A stretch of DNA of 64,000 bases from Escherichia coli (GCF_030013595.1 NZ_CP122768.1), one strand, 5' to 3'. Shown: positions 1 through 8,214, counted from the stretch's first letter. Numbers and translations: made by a program. The notes: generated by a model not told the origin, from the sequence alone.

Positions 1-10
1 TTTCTCCTGT

Positions 11-36
11 AAATAAAAAAGGGCCACCAGCGGCCC
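11..36 (-). terminator. putative intrinsic terminator
   Basis: GGGCC/GGCCC inverted repeat at 21-36; the plus-strand A-run at 11-20 gives a U-tract for minus-strand transcripts. Confidence 0.4.
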
Positions 37-162
37 GTAAAAAACAACACCCCGTCAAAGGCACCCGCAGATACCTTTTGTGTGGTGTATTCAGATTTGA
101 CATACGCTGAGCAGGGCGAAGAAATGAAAAAGGCCCGCAGTAGCGAGCCATGAAGAAACTGA

Positions 163-190
163 ATAAAAAAAAACCGCCTGGTACGGCGGT
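163..190 (-). terminator. putative intrinsic terminator downstream of the tRNA array
   Basis: ACCGCC/GGCGGT hairpin at 173-190 preceded on the plus strand by A9, i.e. a U-tract on the minus strand. Confidence 0.55.
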
Positions 191-453
191 TAAGATGAAT
201 TTCCAGGTTTTGCTTAATACGTGATTAATCTCAACGTTTTTTATAGATGTTAACAACATCGGAATGATGCATCACCGGCCCTGTCAGGAAATACAACATC
301 TCCACCGATAATGCACCATTACGCTGTTGTAAAAAGACAGCACTGGGCTGTAACCGATATCACGTATTACAGAACAGGATGTGGATAAAGATTCAGGAAA
401 ACATCCCACATATAATATGTCAGTGCCCAAAACAACCTGGTATCGTCTACTGC

Positions 454-528
<75 letters not shown>

Positions 529-531
529 ATA

Positions 532-607
<76 letters not shown>

Positions 608-609
608 AC

Positions 610-686
610 TGGACCGCCACCGGGGACTCGAACCTCGCACACTCAACTTAAAGGGTTGACGCTCTTTCCCGATGAGCTAGTGGCGG
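610..686 (-). tRNA. atypical tRNA-like gene, apparent anticodon UUU (Lys) or degenerate Arg-like
   Basis: acceptor CCGCCAC/GTGGCGG, T-loop TTCGAGT and 3' CCA are present, but the anticodon loop is CCTTTAA (C at position 33) and the T-stem has one A-C mismatch. Confidence 0.5.
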
Positions 687-687
687 T

Positions 688-763
688 TGGTGGCCCTTGC
701 TGGATTTGAACCAGCGACCTGGCGATTATGAGTCGCTCGCTCTCACCACTGAGCTAAAGGGCC
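688..763 (-). tRNA. tRNA-Ile2/Met, anticodon CAU (ileX/ileZ-like)
   Basis: 76-nt cloverleaf: acceptor GGCCCTT/AAGGGCC, anticodon loop CTCATAA, 3' CCA; close to E. coli ileX as recalled. Confidence 0.8.
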
Positions 764-973
764 GGGCGCAGGATAATAACGTTACAAAATCAATGTTGCA
801 AGCATTCAAAAATCACCTGGTTAAAAATCACCCTTACTTCCTCCACCAGCGCATTCACCATGTCTATCCGAGATAAGTGGCACAAAAAAAACCACATTTG
901 GGCGGGTTTTGTTTGCTTTTGCCATCACGTACAAAATCGGCAAAATATCAGATTTGCATAAAATATATGCCTT

Positions 974-1669
974 TCAATCTACTTTTGCAACACTTTGCTT
1001 TGAAAATGCCGCCTTTTGTTTTGAACGCGTTCTCATTACAAACAATAAAGCCCCACTATCCAGTCGGTAAAAAATGTGTTTCATTGCAACCCAGTGACGA
1101 GTAAATGTTTTGGACCAGTTTTTAGTTGTCACTCCCGCCAGTAATGCCAGCTCCTGGTATTCATAACCTTCCCCACCAAAAAGTTCTGCTTTTACTGCCT
1201 GCGCCGCCAGCCAGATTAATTTTTTCAGGCGTTCCTGCGTTTTCCCTGCAATTTTTCTGGTACCGGATTGAGTATTAAATTCGTTCCACGCCCACTGTGT
1301 TATCGCGATCTGATGCTCCCAGCAAATGTTTCCGCCGTAACACCACAACAACCAGGCTTTATGATGCTCTTCAAGAGACAGCACAGCCCGCCGCCATGAT
1401 GATGTCGAAAACTCAACCGGGCTGACCAGGGCAATTGATGAGCCTTTCGCCAGTGATTGTTTTCCCGGGATTGGTGGATTATCCCGCGTTATCATTTTTC
1501 CAGTCACTTCATCGCGGTACCGGATTTTTTTACGCCTGTAACGCCCTGTATCAAACATGGCATTCTCCTGCCAGGCTTCAAGCTGACCTTTTGTTGCCCC
1601 ACTCAAATCAGCGGTGGCGATAATGAGCTGCTCGCGCACAAACTGTAAATACTGGTTATTCATGCGCAC
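974..1669 (-). CDS. putative late-gene antiterminator (Q-like), 231 aa
   Basis: ORF directly downstream of rusA and upstream of the tRNA/late leader, which is the Q position in lambdoid phages; called by position, no sequence match to lambda Q recognised. Confidence 0.5.
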   Translation of the reverse strand: MRMNNQYLQFVREQLIIATADLSGATKGQLEAWQENAMFDTGRYRRKKIRYRDEVTGKMITRDNPPIPGKQSLAKGSSIALVSPVEFSTSSWRRAVLSLEEHHKAWLLWCYGGNICWEHQIAITQWAWNEFNTQSGTRKIAGKTQERLKKLIWLAAQAVKAELFGGEGYEYQELALLAGVTTKNWSKTFTRHWVAMKHIFYRLDSGALLFVMRTRSKQKAAFSKQSVAKVD

Positions 1670-2025
1670 TCCAATTCTGTGATTTTTATCCCCAGCCGCC
1701 CACCAGGAACGAGCTGACCGCGCACAATATTGATTTCATCAAGCTGCTCGTCGTCTATGAGTAGTCCGGCATGCGTCAGCGCATCCAGTGGTGCTTTCAG
1801 GATATTGTCCAGGTCACGACGACGTTTATCCGGTGGCTCTGCAATCACCTTTATCGCCAGCCTTCCGGACAGGTTTAATTTCAGTCGCTGCTGGCGAACA
1901 ATTAGCGCCACATCCCGGCGATAACGCTCGCCGGCTTTTGATACAAAATATGTGCTGCCACGACGTCGCCAGTAGGTGTTCACCGTCGGCGGGTAAGGCA
2001 AAACAAATTCTATGCGTTCAGTCAT
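1660..2025 (-). CDS. rusA: Holliday-junction resolvase RusA
   Basis: 121-aa ORF with RusA family signature (…RRRRDLDN…LDAL…GGRL…I…E…), typical size and position. Confidence 0.85.
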   Translation of the reverse strand: MTERIEFVLPYPPTVNTYWRRRGSTYFVSKAGERYRRDVALIVRQQRLKLNLSGRLAIKVIAEPPDKRRRDLDNILKAPLDALTHAGLLIDDEQLDEINIVRGQLVPGGRLGIKITELECA

Positions 2026-2026
2026 T

Positions 2027-3085
2027 TCATGCTTTCCACTTCAGGACACCCGAATTTTTCGCGTGCATTAAAAAACGAATCAGCAACAACAGCTGGCTGC
2101 CGTGTTTTTCTTCAAAATCTTTTACCCCAGCATGCAGTTCGTTATGGCATTTGCGGCACAGCGGAATAACAAACAAATCGTCAGCCTTTGTTCCCATCCC
2201 TCCCAGCCCATGACCAATGATGTGGTGCGGATCATCTGCCTGATTGCCACACGTCACGCATTTCTGCGTTTTTACCCAGCGCGTGTATACGGGCATCTCT
2301 TCCCGTTGTGGTTTCTGGCGCTGGAGATACTGAGCCGGAGACTCCGGATCAACGGCAATGCTGACCACCGTCTTTTCCTGTGGCAGGCTCTGTTGCTGGT
2401 GGACGTGAGGCGGTAGCACAATATTTTTTGTGCGCTGCTTCAGTATGCTGGTGGCTGTCTGCTCTCCAGGTACGATGTCGCTGTCGCGGTACACTGAGAG
2501 GATTTTTTCCGTACGTAATCCCAACGAACGACGTAATACTGCCTCCGGTAGCGCGTCCGCCACCTGATTGCAGACCGCCCACCAGGATAACTCAGCCAGC
2601 GATAATTCCCGCTCCTGCGCACCGCTTATTGCGTGACGGATGACGTCAATCATCCATGCTGTCAGGTTTTGTTGAGCAAGTTGCTCAAGTGATTCTGAGG
2701 TCTGGTCACGCAGCTGGTTGTCGCAGTGCCAGCACAACACCATCGCGCCGGTGCCGTAACGATGTATGACGGTTTCGCTGTGGTGATAGTCACCATGAGG
2801 CCACTGGCAGGATTTAACATGACGCAGGAGCCAGTCAGACAGTGCACCAGCGCCGCCGGCAGCACGAATCACCCGTTCGTCGCTGAAAAATGGCAGTAAT
2901 GATTTATCTTCCGCCAGCGGCTGGCGAACGGCAGGAACAACTCCGGACGGCAGACCACGCATGCTTTTCGGTTCCGGCTCCACCAGCACTCGAGGGTTAT
3001 GAAATACCTGCATGGATTCACGGCCCGGCTTTAGCACCACCAGCCCAAGTTCCGGTACCGGAACAGGTCGAAGCAATACCCGCAC
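2027..3085 (-). CDS. DUF968/YdfU-like phage protein with C-terminal Cys/His (HNH-like) motif; start uncertain
   Basis: 352-aa ORF; C-terminal CVTCGNQADDPHHIIGHGLGG…CRKCHNELH motif; same position as ydfU in Qin. Confidence 0.6.
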   Translation of the reverse strand: MRVLLRPVPVPELGLVVLKPGRESMQVFHNPRVLVEPEPKSMRGLPSGVVPAVRQPLAEDKSLLPFFSDERVIRAAGGAGALSDWLLRHVKSCQWPHGDYHHSETVIHRYGTGAMVLCWHCDNQLRDQTSESLEQLAQQNLTAWMIDVIRHAISGAQERELSLAELSWWAVCNQVADALPEAVLRRSLGLRTEKILSVYRDSDIVPGEQTATSILKQRTKNIVLPPHVHQQQSLPQEKTVVSIAVDPESPAQYLQRQKPQREEMPVYTRWVKTQKCVTCGNQADDPHHIIGHGLGGMGTKADDLFVIPLCRKCHNELHAGVKDFEEKHGSQLLLLIRFLMHAKNSGVLKWKA

Positions 3086-3086
3086 G

Positions 3087-3365
3087 TTACCTCCAGATGC
3101 GTTGCTGGAATGTGCGGGACGGACGCGGTGGGCGTTCGGAATAAGGGAGTCTGACGTAGATTATCCAGTGACGATAATCGAGGCTGAGGGCTTTCCTAAA
3201 CTCATACCCACGTCTGCGGTAGTTCTGAATCAGCCATTCGGCCTGTTCTTCAGTGCAGGGGTCATGCTGATGCCAGTCATATTTGAATGTGTGAGAACAC
3301 CGCCCGTGCCTGCTGGCAAGGTCGGTTGAATCATCAGAATTGTGATGTTGGGTATAGCGTGCCAT
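3087..3365 (-). CDS. hypothetical phage protein (nin-region, 92 aa)
   Basis: ORF tightly packed (2-nt gap) upstream of the DUF968 gene on the same strand. Confidence 0.5.
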   Translation of the reverse strand: MARYTQHHNSDDSTDLASRHGRCSHTFKYDWHQHDPCTEEQAEWLIQNYRRRGYEFRKALSLDYRHWIIYVRLPYSERPPRPSRTFQQRIWR

Positions 3366-3431
3366 CGGTTTTCTCCGGTGGCACGGTGTTACTCAGCAGG
3401 AGTTCAATCCTGTTCTGGATTGTAGATGAGT

Positions 3432-3692
3432 TTATTCTTCTGCAAAAGCAGAAAATCCAGCCTTAAGACCAATCTCTTTCAGAACCTGTAATGATGTTAC
3501 AAATTCATCTTCACGCAAAATAAAACCGTCCGTCATAAGCTCATCAACAAAATAAATTAACACAGCTCCGCTCTTCCTTTGTTGAGATTGCAAACATTTA
3601 ATTCGGCAGTGACTGGCTATAACTCCATTCTCAACGCGTACAGCATAGAGGCCATTTTCACTAAAAATTTCACAAAATTCTTCGATTTTCAT
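3432..3692 (-). CDS. hypothetical protein, 86 aa
   Basis: ORF with AAGGA Shine-Dalgarno upstream of the ATG; lies downstream of the 9-bp repeat tract. Confidence 0.45.
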   Translation of the reverse strand: MKIEEFCEIFSENGLYAVRVENGVIASHCRIKCLQSQQRKSGAVLIYFVDELMTDGFILREDEFVTSLQVLKEIGLKAGFSAFAEE

Positions 3693-3834
3693 CTTCAGAA
3701 TCCTTCCAGATAAATAGCTCTCCCCTTCTCAGGGTCCATCCCTCTTGTCCCTGCGCGCTACTCAAAACAGGAGGATTCTAATTAATCTTTATTTCTAAGC
3801 AACGCAAAAAACAAACCAAAAAAAAGACAAAACC

Positions 3835-3933
3835 ACAAACAATACAAACAATACAAACAATACAAACAATACAAACAATACAAACAATACAAACAATACA
3901 AACAATACAAACAATACAAACAATACAAACAAT
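3835..3933. repeat. perfect tandem repeat (ACAAACAAT) x 11
   Basis: eleven identical 9-bp units read directly in the sequence; preceded by an A/C-only tract from about 3801. Confidence 0.95.
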
Positions 3934-4010
3934 ACAGGCGCATCGATAATTAATTAACTTATCGGGTTACAAGGTAATATAACTTCAGTTAAAATTATTA
4001 ATCTCTTATT

Positions 4011-4040
4011 CGTGAAAAACAAAACCCGCCGAAGCGGGTT
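4011..4040 (-). terminator. intrinsic terminator of the hok transcript
   Basis: CCCGC-CGAA-GCGGG hairpin at 4025-4038 followed on the minus strand by TTTTGTTTTT. Confidence 0.6.
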
Positions 4041-4108
4041 AAGTGCGGGTGCTTTGAGGATGCCTGACACATCAGAGGTGGCGAGGGATTTCTCCCTCGC
4101 CTGGTCTC

Positions 4109-4264
4109 TTACTCCTCAGGTTCGTAAGCTGTGAAGACAGCGACCTCCGTCTGGCCGGTTCGGATTCGTACCTCGCAGAGGTCTTTCCTCGTTACCAGTG
4201 CCGTCACTATGACGGTTAAACAGATGACGATCAGGGCGATTAACATCGCCTTTTGCTGCTTCAT
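4109..4264 (-). CDS. hokD: Hok/Gef-family type I toxin (HokD/RelF-like), 51 aa
   Basis: hand translation gives MKQQKAMLIALIVICLTVIVTALVTRKDLCEVRIRTGQTEVAVFTAYEPEE; below the 60-aa cutoff of the ORF track. Confidence 0.85.
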   Translation of the reverse strand: MKQQKAMLIALIVICLTVIVTALVTRKDLCEVRIRTGQTEVAVFTAYEPEE

Positions 4265-4474
4265 AGCCTGCTTCTCCTTGACCTTTCGGTCCGTAAGAGG
4301 CTAATCTCTATGTGTCGCATAGATATGGCCTCAGATTAATGTTAAGCGTCTTGCAGGACGCGTAATGTTAACTGGGGCTTTTCTCTATCTGCCTTTTGGT
4401 GTTCATGCCTGAGGCAGATAGCCTCAAGCACCCGCAGCAATTCTACTTAACTCTCCTTTTCCCGCAAACCGTTT

Positions 4475-4558
4475 TTATCCCCATCGGCAAATCGAATACA
4501 CCACCAACGCCACCGCCATCGCAATTCCTACTGTAGTGAATGCCTCAGGCCAGGTCAT
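4475..4558 (-). CDS. small hydrophobic peptide, 27 aa (MTWPEAFTTVGIAMAVALVVYSICRWG)
   Basis: AGGAGG Shine-Dalgarno 7 nt upstream; ATG overlaps the stop of the upstream 131-aa gene (ATGA); predicted single membrane helix. Confidence 0.4.
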   Translation of the reverse strand: MTWPEAFTTVGIAMAVALVVYSICRWG

Positions 4559-4950
4559 CGATTCACCTCCTGCTCAATATTTTTAAGGTCATTTTCCGCA
4601 TACAGTATTGCTGTCCTGGCTGCTCGTAACCGGGCTTTGGCGTTTTTCTCTTCACGTTCAAGTTTTGCCACAGCTTCACGAAGAGCATCCCGCTTTGCAT
4701 AGAGTGATTTTATCTCAGACACTATGTTTTCACCGTTTCTCGCACGCTCGAGAACAAGCTCGAACGGATCTAAAGCCAATCCGCATCGGTTACAGGTAAT
4801 CGTACGATTCACTTCTGAAATTGTTGTACGGATATGCTGACAGCATTTTTGCTCGCCGCTTTTTCTGTCGGTTATCACAACGTTGAGGAGTCCTTCCTCC
4901 TCTGATTTTGGCTGTACCAGGGTGATAACATTGTCGACTTCATTTTTCAT
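4555..4950 (-). CDS. hypothetical protein, 131 aa, Cys-rich N-terminal half and coiled-coil C-terminus
   Basis: ORF translationally coupled to the DUF551 gene upstream (ATG overlaps its stop); CC-x-H…C-x2-C motif; heptad-like K/E/A-rich tail. Confidence 0.55.
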   Translation of the reverse strand: MKNEVDNVITLVQPKSEEEGLLNVVITDRKSGEQKCCQHIRTTISEVNRTITCNRCGLALDPFELVLERARNGENIVSEIKSLYAKRDALREAVAKLEREEKNAKARLRAARTAILYAENDLKNIEQEVNR

Positions 4951-5483
4951 CAGTTCACCTCCTGCGGTGGTTCTGGTAGCGGCATCCAGTGAGTTGCCTG
5001 CTCAATATCATTACCCGGCTTAATCGTTGCATCCCCTCTCCGGAATGTACTTCCGGTATAGCGTGCGGAGCATATTAGCGGTTCAACCAGAGAGCTATCG
5101 AAATTCACCGAAATGATCACGTTCTGATTCTTCTCAGGCATTCGCTCACTACAGCTTATCCAGTCATTTTTAATGCCACTATCCTGACTCTGAAGCATAG
5201 TGGCGCGGTGACACCAGATAATCCAGCCAAGCGCCATATCCCATGCCATGTATTCGCTATCGCCATTTTTTGCCCTGCGACGATCTACAGATTCCCCGAA
5301 ACGCTTCTCCATAAATAATTCATAGGCTGCCCGTTCATCCGATACTGCTTCCAGCGATGCCAGTGCGATACGAAACACATCAGCAAGTAGGCTGTTTGAA
5401 GATTGGTTATCGTGCGCCGGATCGCTCAGGAAACCAGTGATGAATGATTTAATCTCCGCGTTTTCTCTGGTAATAGTGGTCAT
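4950..5483 (-). CDS. DUF551-domain phage protein
   Basis: C-terminal …ERMPEK…THWMPLPEPP motif typical of DUF551; start chosen at the ATG preceded by AAGGAG. Confidence 0.6.
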   Translation of the reverse strand: MTTITRENAEIKSFITGFLSDPAHDNQSSNSLLADVFRIALASLEAVSDERAAYELFMEKRFGESVDRRRAKNGDSEYMAWDMALGWIIWCHRATMLQSQDSGIKNDWISCSERMPEKNQNVIISVNFDSSLVEPLICSARYTGSTFRRGDATIKPGNDIEQATHWMPLPEPPQEVN

Positions 5484-5484
5484 A

Positions 5485-5703
5485 TCAGTTCTCCTTATAC
5501 GGATTAATTTTATTGTGCAGTGTGTTGAACGACGCCCATACCACGTCGTTATACAATTCAATAACGGGCTCAATTACTTTTCCGATTATCCAGGCCAGTA
5601 ATAGCGGGAATATCGGTATCATCAATACGATAAACAGAATGAGAAACAGAAATTCTGTCGCTCTACTTTTTCGCGGATATTCTTTTCTGAATAATGTAGT
5701 CAT
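5485..5703 (-). CDS. small membrane protein, 72 aa
   Basis: ORF with a long hydrophobic segment (FLFLILFIVLMIPIFPLLLAWIIG), packed between neighbouring genes. Confidence 0.45.
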   Translation of the reverse strand: MTTLFRKEYPRKSRATEFLFLILFIVLMIPIFPLLLAWIIGKVIEPVIELYNDVVWASFNTLHNKINPYKEN

Positions 5704-5830
5704 TTCTTACCGCCCTTTCGGGCGGCCTCCGGATGATTTGAGGGTGCAGGAATCCCTCCGGTTAAGGATTTAATAAAAACCACTTCTGATTTAAATTTTC
5801 AGTGTTTTGTTGTCAGGTGGTTTATCGCCT

Positions 5831-6412
5831 TTATGCTTCAGCCTTATTTCTCAGCCATACACAAACAGGGCCGTCTTCGGTGTCATGTATTGAACCAATA
5901 AACCAACCATCGCCCTCTGGTCGTTCCGGTTCCCATGCAGAAATATCAGCATCACACGCATCAAGGTCAGCACATCCTTCGTCTCTGAAGCAGAGGACGT
6001 ATTGAAGATTATTTTCCTCCATCCAGGCGTTAAACTCTTCCGTTGAAATATACTCCCGACCACCACAGAATTTTTCATATTCAGGATGCGTCCAGCAGCC
6101 ATATTCATCACGCATTACTGGTATTTCTTTAATTACGTTCATCAGTATCACTCCTAATGCTTTGTTAATTGCAGAATGGGCCATTTCGAATTCATCAGTT
6201 TTTCTGTCAGCAACACGAACCACCGCTTGCAGGGCTTCAAGTAATTCTGGTGCTGCCGCTAAAAGCTGAAAATTAGCTTTCTGCATCTGCCAGTCATTGT
6301 TGTATTTTGTCACCTTAGCAATTGCCTTATCGCGTTCACTATCCACTACCCAGCAATTAGCTGAACCGTGGAAACTTACATGCCATGGACCTGGTGTTCC
6401 TTTAAATTTCAT
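5831..6412 (-). CDS. hypothetical phage protein (Ead/Ea22-like?), start uncertain
   Basis: ORF 5831-6514; start placed at MKFKGTPGPW to limit overlap with the upstream gene; acidic Cys-containing C-terminus. Confidence 0.45.
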   Translation of the reverse strand: MKFKGTPGPWHVSFHGSANCWVVDSERDKAIAKVTKYNNDWQMQKANFQLLAAAPELLEALQAVVRVADRKTDEFEMAHSAINKALGVILMNVIKEIPVMRDEYGCWTHPEYEKFCGGREYISTEEFNAWMEENNLQYVLCFRDEGCADLDACDADISAWEPERPEGDGWFIGSIHDTEDGPVCVWLRNKAEA

Positions 6413-6683
6413 GCCATGATTTTTTGTATTGCTCACTCGCTTCCTCCCACGTTTTAATGCTTTCACCACAGAACGGGCAAAATGAAACCCGAACTGGTAA
6501 TTTAGAAAATTCACCGGATCGCAACATCACCAAATCAGGGCCGCGAGTTAAACTCTCATTCCAGATTTTGTATATCAGCAGGCCTTTTCGCGTCGTGTAT
6601 TCAGCATCATGCTCAAGGGATTTTGTCAGTGCCGTACACGGTTCTATCTGATTGCCCTTAACCTGGCATTTTGATTCACTCAC
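6402..6683 (-). CDS. hypothetical protein, 93 aa, with C-x2-C motif
   Basis: ORF in operon context; …FCPFCGESI… motif. Confidence 0.4.
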   Translation of the reverse strand: MSESKCQVKGNQIEPCTALTKSLEHDAEYTTRKGLLIYKIWNESLTRGPDLVMLRSGEFSKLPVRVSFCPFCGESIKTWEEASEQYKKSWHEI

Positions 6684-6957
6684 TGGTTGCTGTCTCCTGT
6701 CGGAACATCACGATCATCAGGCCATCTTTTGTTGCTACCCTGGCTGTTGTACCAGGCTCTATGCTGCTAAGGTCAAATGCATCACAGAACTCCTCTAACA
6801 CTTTCTGGCGTCTCTCCTGTTTGCGGCGCTTTTCCCACTGCTTCAGAAAAACAGAGGTCACCCACTTCCCCGCGCTGAACATGATGTAAAACCAACCAAG
6901 CAGAGCCAACCCCGTGTTGAGGGCTGTATCAATCGTTATTGTTGTGTCGATATTCAC
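6676..6957 (-). CDS. small membrane protein, 93 aa
   Basis: ORF with hydrophobic helix (LALLGWFYIMFSAG) and basic tail; overlaps neighbours by a few nt. Confidence 0.45.
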   Translation of the reverse strand: MNIDTTITIDTALNTGLALLGWFYIMFSAGKWVTSVFLKQWEKRRKQERRQKVLEEFCDAFDLSSIEPGTTARVATKDGLMIVMFRQETATSE

Positions 6958-7250
6958 TGTGTCTTCTCCTGGAAAATAACCGCATGCCCCAGTTTCTCCG
7001 CCAGTGCCAATTCTGCCTTAGCACCTGCTGACCGCTGCCAGCCTTTCAGCATGTAAATCGCATCCACACAACGAATCATTGCCATGCAAATATCCATGTA
7101 GTGTGGCTGTGTCAGCCCGTCTGGAAGTACTGCCGGGTTTAAGACTGTATGCCCTTCCCGTTTCAGTTCCTCTTCCGCCTTGTGGAACGCCTCACGGTTG
7201 AAATTTTTATACCCGGTCATCGGACCAGCGATATAAACCCTCACCCTCAC
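6954..7250 (-). CDS. DUF4406 protein (nucleoside 2-deoxyribosyltransferase-like fold)
   Basis: N-terminal MRVRVYIAGPMTG motif characteristic of the DUF4406/deoxyribosyltransferase-like family. Confidence 0.55.
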   Translation of the reverse strand: MRVRVYIAGPMTGYKNFNREAFHKAEEELKREGHTVLNPAVLPDGLTQPHYMDICMAMIRCVDAIYMLKGWQRSAGAKAELALAEKLGHAVIFQEKTQ

Positions 7251-7642
7251 GCCATCACCTCCTGAAAATTACCCTGATAAAACGCCAGCACTCGCTGCAT
7301 AACCTCACTCTTCCGGCACTCGCGGCAGATTATGTTCTGGCTCCTGTCGTAGCGGCGTATCTCTCCGTCTGGTAACTTTCGAATCAGCGTCTGGTCAGTT
7401 GTTTTCTCCGGCGTCTTACGCCATTCGCGATACGTCTGCTCTGACGTAAAAACACCGTATTTACCGGACATGTATAAATCGCCACAAGCCAGTACATCCA
7501 CAAGGCAGCGTCGGACCGAATGCCAGCCTGCTCCCGTCGCTCTCTCCAGTTGCGACATCGTCATGCGTCCATTTTTGCGTACCAATCCGATAATTCGTGC
7601 CTTCAGCTCTTCCCGCTGTTCGGGTGTAAAAGGTTTCGCCAT
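7247..7642 (-). CDS. hypothetical phage protein, 131 aa
   Basis: ORF directly downstream of the P-like gene, 4-nt overlap with the DUF4406 gene. Confidence 0.45.
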   Translation of the reverse strand: MAKPFTPEQREELKARIIGLVRKNGRMTMSQLERATGAGWHSVRRCLVDVLACGDLYMSGKYGVFTSEQTYREWRKTPEKTTDQTLIRKLPDGEIRRYDRSQNIICRECRKSEVMQRVLAFYQGNFQEVMA

Positions 7643-7671
7643 AAACCCTCCCGGTAAAATTACTTATCAAC

Positions 7672-8214
7672 TCAAACAAAACCTGCCGCTTTCCTGCGTT
7701 CATATTCCTGTTTCAGCAACTCAATTGGAGTTGGCCCCGACGGGCGTTCTGGTGCTGCCAGTTGCCTACGGACGGGTGGAACACTCAGTCCGTTACCAAC
7801 ATGCTTTGCCCATTTCGCTAGTTGCCGTTCTGCAAGCCGTTTTAACTCCCCTTCGGTCATCTGGCGCTCAATCCCCTTTGAACGCAGCTCGAGACAAATG
7901 TGATACAGCACAGGCTGAGACCACGGGTATTTATCGCTTCCGTCGTATCGCCAGGACTCGTTGCGCCAGCGTCGGTACTCCTCCATCACGTTATCCACCG
8001 TCAGACCAAATGGATTTGCCCCGCTCTCCGAAATCAGCGCCACAAACTCAGCCAGGTCCGGAGGCCATGTTTCACCCGCCCGGCAGCGGTCCATGCACTG
8101 GCGGCAGACCTGCCGGATTTGCTGCTCAGTCATCGCGCCAATCTGTGCAATCCAGAGCTTCGAAGGTGCGGCCCCGTTCTTCTGGGTCCAGCGGTTCGAA
8201 TAAACCTCCCCCAT
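7672..8214 (-). CDS. replication protein P-like (helicase loader), start uncertain
   Basis: C-terminal half resembles lambda P (…YPW…ELKRLAERQLAKW…); the ORF extends to 8337 but that overlaps the O-like gene. Confidence 0.6.
   Translation of the reverse strand: MGEVYSNRWTQKNGAAPSKLWIAQIGAMTEQQIRQVCRQCMDRCRAGETWPPDLAEFVALISESGANPFGLTVDNVMEEYRRWRNESWRYDGSDKYPWSQPVLYHICLELRSKGIERQMTEGELKRLAERQLAKWAKHVGNGLSVPPVRRQLAAPERPSGPTPIELLKQEYERRKAAGFV

Noticed and set aside
3835-3933. Possible CRISPR array
   Set aside because: The units are contiguous 9-bp repeats with no spacers, so this is a simple tandem repeat. No CRISPR-like repeat-spacer structure or cas genes were seen anywhere in the window.
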